In this document: one piece after another, positions 51,438 through 60,826 of the stretch
Numbering within the stretch: position 1 is the stretch's first letter
How the letters are laid out: each line of letters begins with the position of its first letter
From: Trichormus sp. ATA11-4-KO1
Lineage (GTDB): Bacteria > Cyanobacteriota > Cyanobacteriia > Cyanobacteriales > Nostocaceae
Reading direction: 5' to 3'
Assembly (NCBI GenBank): GCA_019358915.1
Contig: JAHHIM010000004.1
Coordinates: 96,001 to 160,000, forward strand
DNA length: 64,000 bases
Translations under genes and position numbers: made by a program
Notes under the pieces: generated by a model
What the model was told of the DNA's origin: nothing
Seen by the model: only the letters and a program-made list of their open reading frames with translations
Database searches by the model: none

Positions 51438-52427
51438 ATGGCACTAGGTAGACTCGTCAACGGACAATGGACAACCGAATGGACAGAACGGAATGAAAAA
51501 GGGCAATTTCAAAGAATGCCCACACAATTCAAAAACTGGATATCTGCCGACGGTTCCAGTGGATTTGCAGCAGAAGCGGGACGCTACCATCTTTATATTT
51601 CCCTCGGCTGTCCTTGGGCGCATCGCACAGCTTTGTTATGGAAATTGAAGGGACTAGAAGAAATTATTGGCTTATCAATTGTTGATCCAGTAATTAGTCA
51701 ATATGGTTGGCAATTTTCCGACCGACCTGGTTGTATTCGAGATGATGTGAATGGTGCAGATTATCTCTGGCAAATATACGTGAAAGCTAATCCCAATTAC
51801 ACAGGGCGAGTAACTGTACCTGTGTTGTGGGACAAAAAGACCAACACAATTGTAAATAATGAATCACGGCAAATTATTCAGATGTTTAACACTGAATTTA
51901 ACGCTTTTGCAAATGCGGAATTAGATTTTTATCCCCAAGATTTGCAAAAGCTGATTAATCAAACAATGGATGATATTTATCAACCAATTAATAACGGAGT
52001 TTATCGGAGTGGATTTGCTGCATCTCAAACAGCCTATGAGGAAGCTGTGACAGAATTATTCGCTGCACTGGACTATTGGGAGGAGGTTTTGGGTAAACAA
52101 CGTTATCTTTGTGGTGAGCAAATCACGCTGGCAGATTGGTGTTTGTTTACGACGTTATTTCGCTTTGATTTAGCTTACTATGGGTTGTTTAAATGCAATC
52201 TCAAGCGCTTAGTTGATTACCCCAATTTGTATAAATACTGCCGAGAGTTATATCAATATGGTGATGCTAAAGAAATGTGCAATGTTGAGCATATTAAACA
52301 GCTTTACTATGCAGGTTTACCAGAACTCAATCCTAATGGCATTGTCCCCAAAGGGCCAGTGATTGATTTTGACCTGCCCCATGCTCGACATCAAAATTTT
52401 GCCTCAATCACTGGCGTTGCTGAATGA
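51438..52427 (+). CDS. glutathionyl-hydroquinone reductase (GST Xi class, YqjG/PcpF-like)
   Basis: RYHLYISLGCPWAHR, TVPVLWDK..TIVNNES, NNGVYRSGFA, RFD..Y...FKCN. Confidence 0.92.
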   Translation: MALGRLVNGQWTTEWTERNEKGQFQRMPTQFKNWISADGSSGFAAEAGRYHLYISLGCPWAHRTALLWKLKGLEEIIGLSIVDPVISQYGWQFSDRPGCIRDDVNGADYLWQIYVKANPNYTGRVTVPVLWDKKTNTIVNNESRQIIQMFNTEFNAFANAELDFYPQDLQKLINQTMDDIYQPINNGVYRSGFAASQTAYEEAVTELFAALDYWEEVLGKQRYLCGEQITLADWCLFTTLFRFDLAYYGLFKCNLKRLVDYPNLYKYCRELYQYGDAKEMCNVEHIKQLYYAGLPELNPNGIVPKGPVIDFDLPHARHQNFASITGVAE

Positions 52428-52474
52428 AGAATCAGATTAATTCGTTCACTTTACACTTTAATACAAGTGATAAC

Positions 52475-53023
52475 TTACTCGGCTCGGCAAAGGTCTTCGG
52501 GTAATCGCTGAATTACCCGTTGAAAGACAAATGGATCATCTAACCCTTGAGACAGAATTAATGCCCCTTGAATCATAATCACTGCATCTTCCCCTCGGTA
52601 ATGGGCAAGTTTTTGATTCATCCCGGCTGCGATTAAGACATCAGCGATCGCATTAATCCAGGTTTGCAAAAGTGCTTTAACTCGATCATGAAACACATCA
52701 CGCGCCGAACCAAGCAACAAAATAGCAAACAGACACGGCTGGTGTCCTCCTTCATAGAGTTCATTCAGGCGATCGCACATACTTCGCAACCGTGTCAGAG
52801 CATCTCTTTTGCTCTGGAGTGCCGGCAAAACATTTTGAGCTAACCACTGCTCAAGATAATCCAGTACAGTCTTCACCATCTCATCTTTACCACCGGGAAA
52901 ATGATGATAAAGGCTGGCTTTCCCCAAACCAGTTGCTTCAGAAATTTTGGATAAAGTGGCTCCATCATAGCCATACTGCCGAAACAAACGCAAAAGGCAG
53001 GGAATATAAGTTTCTTTGGGCAT
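52475..53023 (-). CDS. TetR-family regulator (LmrA/YxaF-like)
   Basis: FRQYGYDGATL..I..ATGLGKASLYHHFPGGK. Confidence 0.92.
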   Translation of the reverse strand: MPKETYIPCLLRLFRQYGYDGATLSKISEATGLGKASLYHHFPGGKDEMVKTVLDYLEQWLAQNVLPALQSKRDALTRLRSMCDRLNELYEGGHQPCLFAILLLGSARDVFHDRVKALLQTWINAIADVLIAAGMNQKLAHYRGEDAVIMIQGALILSQGLDDPFVFQRVIQRLPEDLCRAE

Positions 53024-53047
53024 TGTTTGATGTTTAAAGATTACCTC

Positions 53048-53101
53048 TTGACATTGTACCAATCGTTCGGTAGATTATTGGCATACCGAACAAACGGTAC
53101 A
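53048..53101 (+). promoter_or_regulatory. sigma70-type promoter overlapped by two candidate TetR operators
   Basis: TTGACA-N17-TAGATT (53048-53076); imperfect palindromes TACCAATCGTTCGGTA and TACCGAACAAACGGTA. Confidence 0.7.
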
Positions 53102-53273
53102 AAAAAAGGAAAAAACGCTGATGAATCACATTTCATCTATTAGGCAAAAATTTCTCAGTTGGGATGTTTTATGTCCGATGATTACCTCTCTACCATTACT
53201 AGAGCGTGAATCACTCCCAACTGAATGTCTGTTGTTTGAAGATTCGTATTTATCTCATCTGGAGGATTAACTT

Positions 53274-53891
53274 ATGATTCAGCTTTATGGTTACGAACTG
53301 TCTGGTAATAGCTACAAAGCAAAACTGATGTTGTCTTTGTTGAATTTAGATTACGAGTTGATCTCAGTCGATTTGATGACAGGAGCACACAAGCAACCAG
53401 AGTTTTTGGCATTAAATCCTTTTGGACAAGTACCACTGTTAGTTGATGGTAATACAGTGCTGGCAGATGCTCAAGCAATTCTGGTGTATCTGGCACGGCG
53501 TTACGGTGGTGAATCATGGTTGCCGTTAGAGGCAGAACCAATGAGTCGGGTGGTACGCTGGCTCTCGACAACGGCAGGAGAAGTGCGACAAGGGCCAGAA
53601 TCGGCGCGTTTATATCACTTATTCAAAGTTACCAACATCAATCTAGAAAGGACAGTCCAAAAATCAGAGTTTATTTTGACTCAATTGAATAACCATTTAG
53701 CCAATCAAGAATGGCTAGAGTTAGGACATCCAACGATCGCTGACGTGGCAGTTTTCCCCTATGTTGCCTTAGCTACCGATGGCAAGATTGATCTGACTCC
53801 CTATACCAACGTTTTGAACTGGATTGAACGCGTCAAGCATCTCCCTGGTTTTGTGGGAATGACTGGCATTGCAGCCCCAATTTCGGCTTAG
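53274..53891 (+). CDS. glutathione S-transferase
   Basis: LSGNSYK, LNPFGQVP.L.DG, DAQAILVYLA, PTIADVA. Confidence 0.93.
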   Translation: MIQLYGYELSGNSYKAKLMLSLLNLDYELISVDLMTGAHKQPEFLALNPFGQVPLLVDGNTVLADAQAILVYLARRYGGESWLPLEAEPMSRVVRWLSTTAGEVRQGPESARLYHLFKVTNINLERTVQKSEFILTQLNNHLANQEWLELGHPTIADVAVFPYVALATDGKIDLTPYTNVLNWIERVKHLPGFVGMTGIAAPISA

Positions 53892-53899
53892 GAGGGAAT

Positions 53900-54508
53900 A
53901 TGCCTCGTAAATTTGGTGAAATTGCCTTCACCCCGGAAGTAAAAGCAGCCCAGGAACAACGAGGTTCAAAGCAGACTTATGAGCGTTATGTCGCCAATGG
54001 CCCTGCTAATGATATCGTCACTCCCCAAATTGCGGAATTTATTGCTCAACTGGAAGGGTTTTATCTAGGAACAGTTAGTTCCAATGGCTATCCCTACATC
54101 CAATTTCGGGGCGGGCCACCCGGTTTCCTCAAGGTGCTGGATGAAAAGACCCTAGGCTTTGCTGATTTTTCTGGTAATGTGCAGTACATTACCGTCGGTA
54201 ATATCTCTGGTAACGACAAAGCGTTTCTGTTCTTGATGGATTATCGTCATCGTCAACGCATCAAGATTTGGGGTAGAGCCGAATACGTTGAAGGCGAATC
54301 CAGCTTACTAGAGCAACTTCGAGTTCCTAATTATCCCGCAGAGTTGGAACGAGCTATTTTATTCCATGTCGAAGCAACCAGCGAGAACTGTCCCCAACAC
54401 ATTCCCATCCGCTATTCCGCAAGGGAAGTTGACGCAATGATGGCTCCTTTACAGGCGCGAATTGCTGAATTGGAACAGCAGTTAAGTGAGCAAAATTCTT
54501 CTATCTAA
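53900..54508 (+). CDS. pyridoxamine 5'-phosphate oxidase-like FMN-binding protein
   Basis: GYPYIQFRGGPPGFLKVLD, FADFSGN.QY, NCPQHIP.RY. Confidence 0.9.
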   Translation: MPRKFGEIAFTPEVKAAQEQRGSKQTYERYVANGPANDIVTPQIAEFIAQLEGFYLGTVSSNGYPYIQFRGGPPGFLKVLDEKTLGFADFSGNVQYITVGNISGNDKAFLFLMDYRHRQRIKIWGRAEYVEGESSLLEQLRVPNYPAELERAILFHVEATSENCPQHIPIRYSAREVDAMMAPLQARIAELEQQLSEQNSSI

Positions 54509-54647
54509 CAATACCGTTGCCGTAATACCTGTTTACGGCTCTTTAATCAGGAAATTTTTACCATGCTTGACTAATCTTAAAAGTCTGCGACTCTTGCAGG
54601 CTAGTGATTCTAATTAGCCCAACTAGTGATCGCTCTCTTAATAAGTC

Positions 54648-54688
54648 ATATAATTTATTTGTACTACTTGGAACACACCTCGACTTAT
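54648..54688. repeat. right 41-bp direct repeat bounding the redox island
   Basis: ATATAATTTATTTGTACTACTTGGAACACACCTCGACTTAT; 36/41 identical to 47454-47494. Confidence 0.85.
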
Positions 54689-54842
54689 ACCATTCCACCA
54701 AAACTAAGCAACAGATCCAAGCGTAGAAACCCTTGTAAAATCTGGCTTGATTAATTTTGAATTGGTATTACCCCTCTGTCAAAACTTAGATGTGTTTGCC
54801 CTAGAGGATGGGGAGAATATTTATCTAAAATTTAAAATTAAA

Positions 54843-55541
54843 ATGATTCCTATTAGTGACAATATTCGCATCCAGAATAAACCAATTATCAATTATTGGC
54901 TAATTGGCATTAACATTGCTATCTTCTTATGGGAATTAAATCTGGAATTTCGGGGAGAATTAGGTTATTTTATCAAAAATTTCGGTTTAATTCCTGCTCA
55001 GATTAGTGGGGCAATTACAAATGCAATTTATTTCAATCCAGCCGCTTGGGTAGTAGTTGTTTGGCGTTCAACCTCAGTATTTTTTAGCATGTTTCTCCAC
55101 GGTAGTTTTAGTCAAATTCTGGGAAACCTGCTATTTTTATGGGTGTTTGGCAAAACTGTAGAAAATGTTCTCGGACATGGGCGTTATTTGGGATTGTATC
55201 TCAGTGCTGGTATCTTGACAGGAATAACACAAATCCTCATGGAACCGAATTTAACCCTACCATTAATTGGAGCAAATGGCGCGATCGCAGCTATTTTAGG
55301 GGCATACGTGATGAAGTTTCCTCAAGCTAAAATTGACACAGTCATGCCACTATTGATAGTGTACATCCCTATCGATCTGCCAGCTTACTGCTATCTCTTT
55401 TGGTGGTTTATACAACAGCTATTTTATGGTATCGGCAGCTTAAATATTCCGCCATCTGGTGTCAATCCACCCAGCGCCGTTTACTGGGCGCAGTTTGTCG
55501 GCTTATTCGTTGGTGGAGGTTACATGAAACTGAAGAAATAA
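54843..55541 (+). CDS. rhomboid-family membrane protein, catalytic Ser and His substituted
   Basis: MIPISDN, SMFLHG....LGNLLFLWVFG..VE...G rhomboid pattern; GANGAIA and WAQFVG at the catalytic positions. Confidence 0.88.
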   Translation: MIPISDNIRIQNKPIINYWLIGINIAIFLWELNLEFRGELGYFIKNFGLIPAQISGAITNAIYFNPAAWVVVVWRSTSVFFSMFLHGSFSQILGNLLFLWVFGKTVENVLGHGRYLGLYLSAGILTGITQILMEPNLTLPLIGANGAIAAILGAYVMKFPQAKIDTVMPLLIVYIPIDLPAYCYLFWWFIQQLFYGIGSLNIPPSGVNPPSAVYWAQFVGLFVGGGYMKLKK

Positions 55542-55716
55542 TTTTATGTCCGTGACGCACACACATAAAAGTTAATTTTTGTATATGTCTTTTGGCTGAA
55601 ATCCTTATGTACCGCAGGATAGATTGTGTTTTTTATCTAAAGAATCCATACTCAATCAAGGTTATGAGGTACATACTATTGAGATGAAGATTATTTTAGT
55701 GTGAGTTGTCTTGTAA

Positions 55717-58245
55717 ATGCCAGAGGTTGATAGAAATTCCGGCGAATTCACTGATGAATTAGCATCTCTACGACGACGTGTGGCTGAGTTAGAGCAATCA
55801 GAGATCCAGTATCAGCAAAGGCAAGCAGCATTAGAGCAGCAACTGGAAATATTAGCAGCCAAACTAGCAATAGCAGAAAAAAATCCTCAGGTAGAGGTAG
55901 CTCTGCAAGAAAGCGAAGAACGCCTGAAGCTAGCACTAGATGCGGCTCAAATGGGTTTGTGGGACTGGAATCTGATTACTGGTCAACTGATCTGGTCAGA
56001 AAATCATCAACTGCTTTTTGGTTTAGTTCCAGGCAGTTTTGATAGCACGTATGAGGCATTTCTCCAATGTGTTCATCCAGAAGACCAGCAATCTGTCATC
56101 CAAGTGATTATCAATGCCTTAGCAAAAAAGATTGACTACACCGATGAATTTCGTGTTGTTTGGCCAGACCAAAGCGTACATTGGATTTTTGGCAAGGGAA
56201 GATTTATTTATGATGAGCAAGGACAGGCGGTGCGAATGATTGGAGTTTGTACAGACATTACTCATCGCCAGCAATCGGAAGAAAGCACTCGCCAATTGAC
56301 GCTCAAGGTTCAAGAACAGGCAAATATCTTAAATGCGATCCTGGCCGCTTCTGTTGATCATATTTATATTTTTAATCGTTCAGGTTGCTATCAATATATT
56401 AGTGATGGTGCCGCCGCTATATTGGGTTTAACAAGTCAGGAGATTATTGGTAGAACTGTACGAGAATTGAATTTATCTACAGACCTGATGGCGAAAATAG
56501 ACCATCAACGCCAAATTGTGATGACGACTGGACACCCAATCAGAGATGAATGTGAATATATTGCCGCAGATGGGGTACATTTTTATGAATACATCCTCAC
56601 GCCATTACGCAATAGCGATCGCACTATTGAAGGTGTAATCACTGTCTCTCGTGATATCACAGCTCACAAACAGGTGGAACAGTCATTACGCAATAGCGAA
56701 GCGAGATTTCGGCGGTTATTTGAGTCCAACCTGATTGGGTTAGCTTTTTGGACTATTGATGGTTTCATCACTGATGCCAATGATGCCTTTTTACAGCTGA
56801 TTGGTTACACTCGCGAGGAATTTGTCACCTTAGGTAAAATTAACTGGCGAGAACTCACCCCTCCAGAGTACGAACATTTAGACGATCGCGCGGTCGCCCA
56901 GGTGCAAGCGACTGGAGTTTCCCAGATTTACGAAAAAGAGTATATCCACCGCAATGGTAAGCGAGTACCGATTGTTCTAGGGGTGGCGCTGTTGAATGAC
57001 TCCCAACATGATGGAGTTGCTGTGGTGTTGGATATTACCGAACGCCAACTAGCAGAACAAGAATGCGATCGCCTACTGCAAAGGGAACGGTCAGCACGCC
57101 AAGAAGCAGAGGTCGCCAACCGCATCAAAGACCAGTTTTTAGCGATTCTCTCCCATGAACTACGCACCCCACTCAATCCCATTTTAGGATGGGCAAAATT
57201 ACTCCGATGTCGCAAGTTTGATGAAAAAACCGCTAACCAAGCTCTAGAAACAATTGAACGCAATGCCAAATTACAAACTCAATTAATTGAAGATTTATTA
57301 GATGTTTCTCGCATTCTCCAAGGAAAATTGAGCTTAAACATTTATCCAGTAAATTTGGTCATGGTGCTAGAAGCCTCATTAGAAACAGTACGCTTGGCAG
57401 CAGATGCCAAGTCAATTCAAATTCAGACCATAATTGATCCTCATCTGGGACATGTTATGGGTGACCCAAATCGGCTGCAACAAGTTTTTTGGAATCTATT
57501 ATCTAATGCAGTCAAGTTTACACCCATAGGCGGACGGGTAGAAATTCGCCTAGGGGAAGTAGATTCCCAGGCTCAAATTCAGGTCAGCGATACAGGTCAG
57601 GGAATTACACTAGAATTCCTGTCTTATGTCTTCGATTACTTTCGTCAGGCTGACAGCACAACTACGCGCAAATTTGGTGGACTGGGTTTAGGATTGGCGA
57701 TTGTGCGTCAAGTTGTTGAACTGCATGGGGGAACGGTGCAAGCCGAAAGTCCTGGAGAAGGATTGGGTGCAACCTTTACCGTGAGGCTACCGCTTTTGGC
57801 AAGGAGCAAACAGGTGATGTATGAAGAGAATAACCTTGAACTTTTGATTTCTGATTCTCAGCTACTCGCAGGTACACAAGTTCTCGTGGTAGACGATGAA
57901 GCGGATATCCGAGACTTAGTAACCTTTATTCTCCAAGAATATAATGTGAATGTAACTGCCGTGGCATCAGCACCAGAGGCGCTACAGTTCCTATCTCAAT
58001 CATTACCAGATATTTTAATCAGTGATATTGGGATGCCTCAGACAGATGGTTATATGCTGATGCGGGAACTAAGAAAGCGATCGCCAGAACAGGGAGGAAA
58101 TCTACCAGCGATCGCTCTGACAGCTTACGCCGGGGAAATTAATCAGCAACAAGCATTATCAGCAGGATTTCAGTTGCATATCCCCAAACCAGTAGACCCC
58201 GAAGCCTTAGTGAAAGCGATCGTCAATTTAATTGGTCGAGGCTAA
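55717..58245 (+). CDS. hybrid sensor histidine kinase with 3 PAS domains and a receiver domain
   Basis: GLWDWN PAS_3, LSHELRTPL, NAVKFT, GGLGLGL, C-terminal DIGMP..DGY. Confidence 0.95.
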   Translation: MPEVDRNSGEFTDELASLRRRVAELEQSEIQYQQRQAALEQQLEILAAKLAIAEKNPQVEVALQESEERLKLALDAAQMGLWDWNLITGQLIWSENHQLLFGLVPGSFDSTYEAFLQCVHPEDQQSVIQVIINALAKKIDYTDEFRVVWPDQSVHWIFGKGRFIYDEQGQAVRMIGVCTDITHRQQSEESTRQLTLKVQEQANILNAILAASVDHIYIFNRSGCYQYISDGAAAILGLTSQEIIGRTVRELNLSTDLMAKIDHQRQIVMTTGHPIRDECEYIAADGVHFYEYILTPLRNSDRTIEGVITVSRDITAHKQVEQSLRNSEARFRRLFESNLIGLAFWTIDGFITDANDAFLQLIGYTREEFVTLGKINWRELTPPEYEHLDDRAVAQVQATGVSQIYEKEYIHRNGKRVPIVLGVALLNDSQHDGVAVVLDITERQLAEQECDRLLQRERSARQEAEVANRIKDQFLAILSHELRTPLNPILGWAKLLRCRKFDEKTANQALETIERNAKLQTQLIEDLLDVSRILQGKLSLNIYPVNLVMVLEASLETVRLAADAKSIQIQTIIDPHLGHVMGDPNRLQQVFWNLLSNAVKFTPIGGRVEIRLGEVDSQAQIQVSDTGQGITLEFLSYVFDYFRQADSTTTRKFGGLGLGLAIVRQVVELHGGTVQAESPGEGLGATFTVRLPLLARSKQVMYEENNLELLISDSQLLAGTQVLVVDDEADIRDLVTFILQEYNVNVTAVASAPEALQFLSQSLPDILISDIGMPQTDGYMLMRELRKRSPEQGGNLPAIALTAYAGEINQQQALSAGFQLHIPKPVDPEALVKAIVNLIGRG

Positions 58246-58865
58246 TCTAATTCACGGTTTACAGCCACATCACCAATCCCACGCACAAAAATATCTACAC
58301 AAGTCTGAATATAATCCTCACAACTATAGTCATCTTGGTTGAACTTTGCAGTGCGGCACAGCATTCCCGCTAGTAACATTCCTGTAAACATATCGACTGT
58401 TGGTAACGGCTCAATATCAGGTCTGACAATGCCTCGTTTTTGACTAGCTTGTAAATAATCTACCAATTTTTCCCTTAAAGGCTTGGCAGCTTCTTGGATC
58501 ATTTGTTTAGCTGCCTCAGGATGACGTTTAGCTTCCCCAATGAAAGTCCGAATCAAATCTTCGTGTGCTTCCAGCATAGCGTTGTAAAGCTGGGCATAAT
58601 TCTTTAAGTCAACGTCAAGATTCTGTGTCCAGGCTTCTGGATGCGCCAAAGCTTGAGTCTGGAGAGCAGAAGCATTTTCAATGACTGCTCCCAAAAGCTG
58701 CTCTTTACTAGCAAAGTGCCGAAATAAAGTTACCTCATTCACACCAGCAACACGAGCTATTTCACGAGTAGTTGCACCTTGAACACCTAAACTAGCAAAT
58801 ACCTGTGATGCAGCATCTATCAAACGTGTACGAGTAAGAGCGGACGAACGGAGACTTTTATTCAT
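58242..58865 (-). CDS. TetR/AcrR-family regulator
   Basis: ATTREIARVAGVNEVTLFRHF.SKE. Confidence 0.93.
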   Translation of the reverse strand: MNKSLRSSALTRTRLIDAASQVFASLGVQGATTREIARVAGVNEVTLFRHFASKEQLLGAVIENASALQTQALAHPEAWTQNLDVDLKNYAQLYNAMLEAHEDLIRTFIGEAKRHPEAAKQMIQEAAKPLREKLVDYLQASQKRGIVRPDIEPLPTVDMFTGMLLAGMLCRTAKFNQDDYSCEDYIQTCVDIFVRGIGDVAVNRELD

Positions 58866-58874
58866 TAATTGCTA

Positions 58875-58890
58875 GCAAGTACTTACTTAC
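58875..58890. promoter_or_regulatory. candidate autoregulatory TetR operator
   Basis: GCAAGTACTTACTTAC, 12/16 palindromic, 10 bp upstream of the tetR start. Confidence 0.45.
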
Positions 58891-58993
58891 CAGTTATGTC
58901 ATGTTGTAAAGGTTATTGCATATTCAGCCAAATAAGTTTACAAATTATTGCATATCTTTAAAAAACCGATAGCATAATCTGCAATCAATTTCA

Positions 58994-59491
58994 TCATATG
59001 GTAGTGGGAGATAATATCTTACTCATTTTAGTAACTGGAACAACTATACTAGTTCCTAAATAATGAGGCGCTCTTTTAATCGCAGTAAATCCCAGCCGCA
59101 AATAAAAGCCTTCAGCATAAAGACTAGCAGTTGTCAGCACCTGATCCACACCTTGAGTAGCTGCTTCCTCACAAAAATGTTCAACCAAAGCGCGTCCTAT
59201 ACCTTTACCTTGATAATAAGGATGCACATATAATCCAATAAGTTCATTAACAATAAAACTAGCAAATCCTGTAACAATATCATTTTCCAAAGCCACCCAA
59301 AAAGTCTCGACTTGCATATTCTTCAAAATATTTTTACCATCAGGCTTATTGCGGTAATTACGCCAAGCTAACAGTTGTTTTCGGGTATAGAAAGTAGTAG
59401 GCAGAGCTTTAATAGCAGCAATATGAATTGCACTCATCATCCACGCATCTGCTTCCTCAGCCAGTCGGAGAGATATTTCATTAGCATTCAT
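58994..59491 (-). CDS. GNAT acetyltransferase
   Basis: LYVHP.YQGKGIGRAL, A.GFY..LGF. Confidence 0.9.
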   Translation of the reverse strand: MNANEISLRLAEEADAWMMSAIHIAAIKALPTTFYTRKQLLAWRNYRNKPDGKNILKNMQVETFWVALENDIVTGFASFIVNELIGLYVHPYYQGKGIGRALVEHFCEEAATQGVDQVLTTASLYAEGFYLRLGFTAIKRAPHYLGTSIVVPVTKMSKILSPTTI

Positions 59492-59770
59492 AATTTAATG
59501 CTTTCTCGACTTTCTTGTACCAGGATATCAAGTTTGCGATCGCACCACGCCAAGTTTACTCTCTTCCCTCCGCGTCTGGAGCGCCTCTGCGTGAGATTTT
59601 CATCCCTCTTCATTCCCGCTTTTCCGCCAGCAAAATCTCCAAATTTTTACGCACAGTCACCGTGTGGGGATGATTTTCTCCGAGGAGGCGTTTATTCAAT
59701 TCCCAAGCTTGAATTCGCATGATTATAAGACGATTGTAGAGTGATATAACCACGCAAACTTCAATGCTCT

Positions 59771-60826
59771 ATGAGTAATTATTTCCGTTCTAATGTTGAC
59801 GCAATGGCTAGTTATGTACCTGGTGAACAGCCACCACGAGGTACACAGATCATTAAACTTAACAGTAACGAAAATCCTTATCCTCCCTCCCCTATGGCGC
59901 TAGCCGTGCTGCGAAACATCGATGGGGAATGGTTGCGACGTTATCCAGAACCCTTTGGGGGAAACTTCCGCCAAGCTGCAAGTAAAGTCTTGGGTGTTCC
60001 CAGTGATTGGATTATTGTCGGTAATGGCAGTGACGAATTATTGAATTTGGTAATTCGAGCCTGTGCTGAACCTGGACGAAAGGTAGTCTACCCAATGCCA
60101 ACCTACGTACTATATGTAACATTGAGCCAAATGCAGGCTGCGGAAATTGTGGAGATTCCTTACAGTGAAGACTACAAATTACCTTTAGAAGAACTAGTTG
60201 CTGCCAATGGTGCTGTAACATTTATTGCTTCACCTAATAGTCCGTCGGGACATGTTGTCTCAATAAATGAGCTGCGGAAACTAGCAAGCCAGTTATCTGG
60301 GATTTTAGTAATTGATGAAGCCTATGTAGATTTTGCTGAAGAGAATGCACTGGATTTGGTTAAAGAATTTGAGAATGTGATTGTGATGCGGACACTTTCT
60401 AAAGGATACTCCTTGGCGGGATTGCGGTTAGGATTTGGGATTGCCAATCCCCAGTTACTGCATGGATTGTTTAAAGTCAAAGATAGCTATAACATTGATG
60501 CGATCGCTTGTGCTGTAGGAACGGCTGCTATTACCGATCAAGCTTATAAAAATGCTTGTGCAGCAAAGGTTAAAGCATCGCGGACTCAATTAGCAACAGA
60601 CTTGCAAAAACTAGGTTTTCAGGTTTGGGATTCTCAAACTAATTTTTTGTTGGTGCAGCCTCCACAAGATAACGCCGAATATCTTTATCAAAAGCTGAAA
60701 GCACAGAACATCTTAGTGCGCTACTTCCCGCAGCCAAGACTAGATAATAAATTACGCATCACTGTTGGCACTGATGAACAAAATCAAATTTTAGTAGAAA
60801 CGCTGACTCATTTACTGCGAAAATAG
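59771..60826 (+). CDS. hisC: histidinol-phosphate aminotransferase
   Basis: KLNSNENP, GNGSDEL, PNSPSG, DEAY, RTLSKGYSLAGLRLG, RITVG. Confidence 0.93.
   Translation: MSNYFRSNVDAMASYVPGEQPPRGTQIIKLNSNENPYPPSPMALAVLRNIDGEWLRRYPEPFGGNFRQAASKVLGVPSDWIIVGNGSDELLNLVIRACAEPGRKVVYPMPTYVLYVTLSQMQAAEIVEIPYSEDYKLPLEELVAANGAVTFIASPNSPSGHVVSINELRKLASQLSGILVIDEAYVDFAEENALDLVKEFENVIVMRTLSKGYSLAGLRLGFGIANPQLLHGLFKVKDSYNIDAIACAVGTAAITDQAYKNACAAKVKASRTQLATDLQKLGFQVWDSQTNFLLVQPPQDNAEYLYQKLKAQNILVRYFPQPRLDNKLRITVGTDEQNQILVETLTHLLRK

Noticed and set aside
59375..59722. 115-aa ORF between GNAT and hisC (similarly 20027-20343, 51105-51451, 32541-32819)
   Set aside because: Composed of repeat/MITE-derived sequence and mostly overlapping real genes; no protein-like motif.
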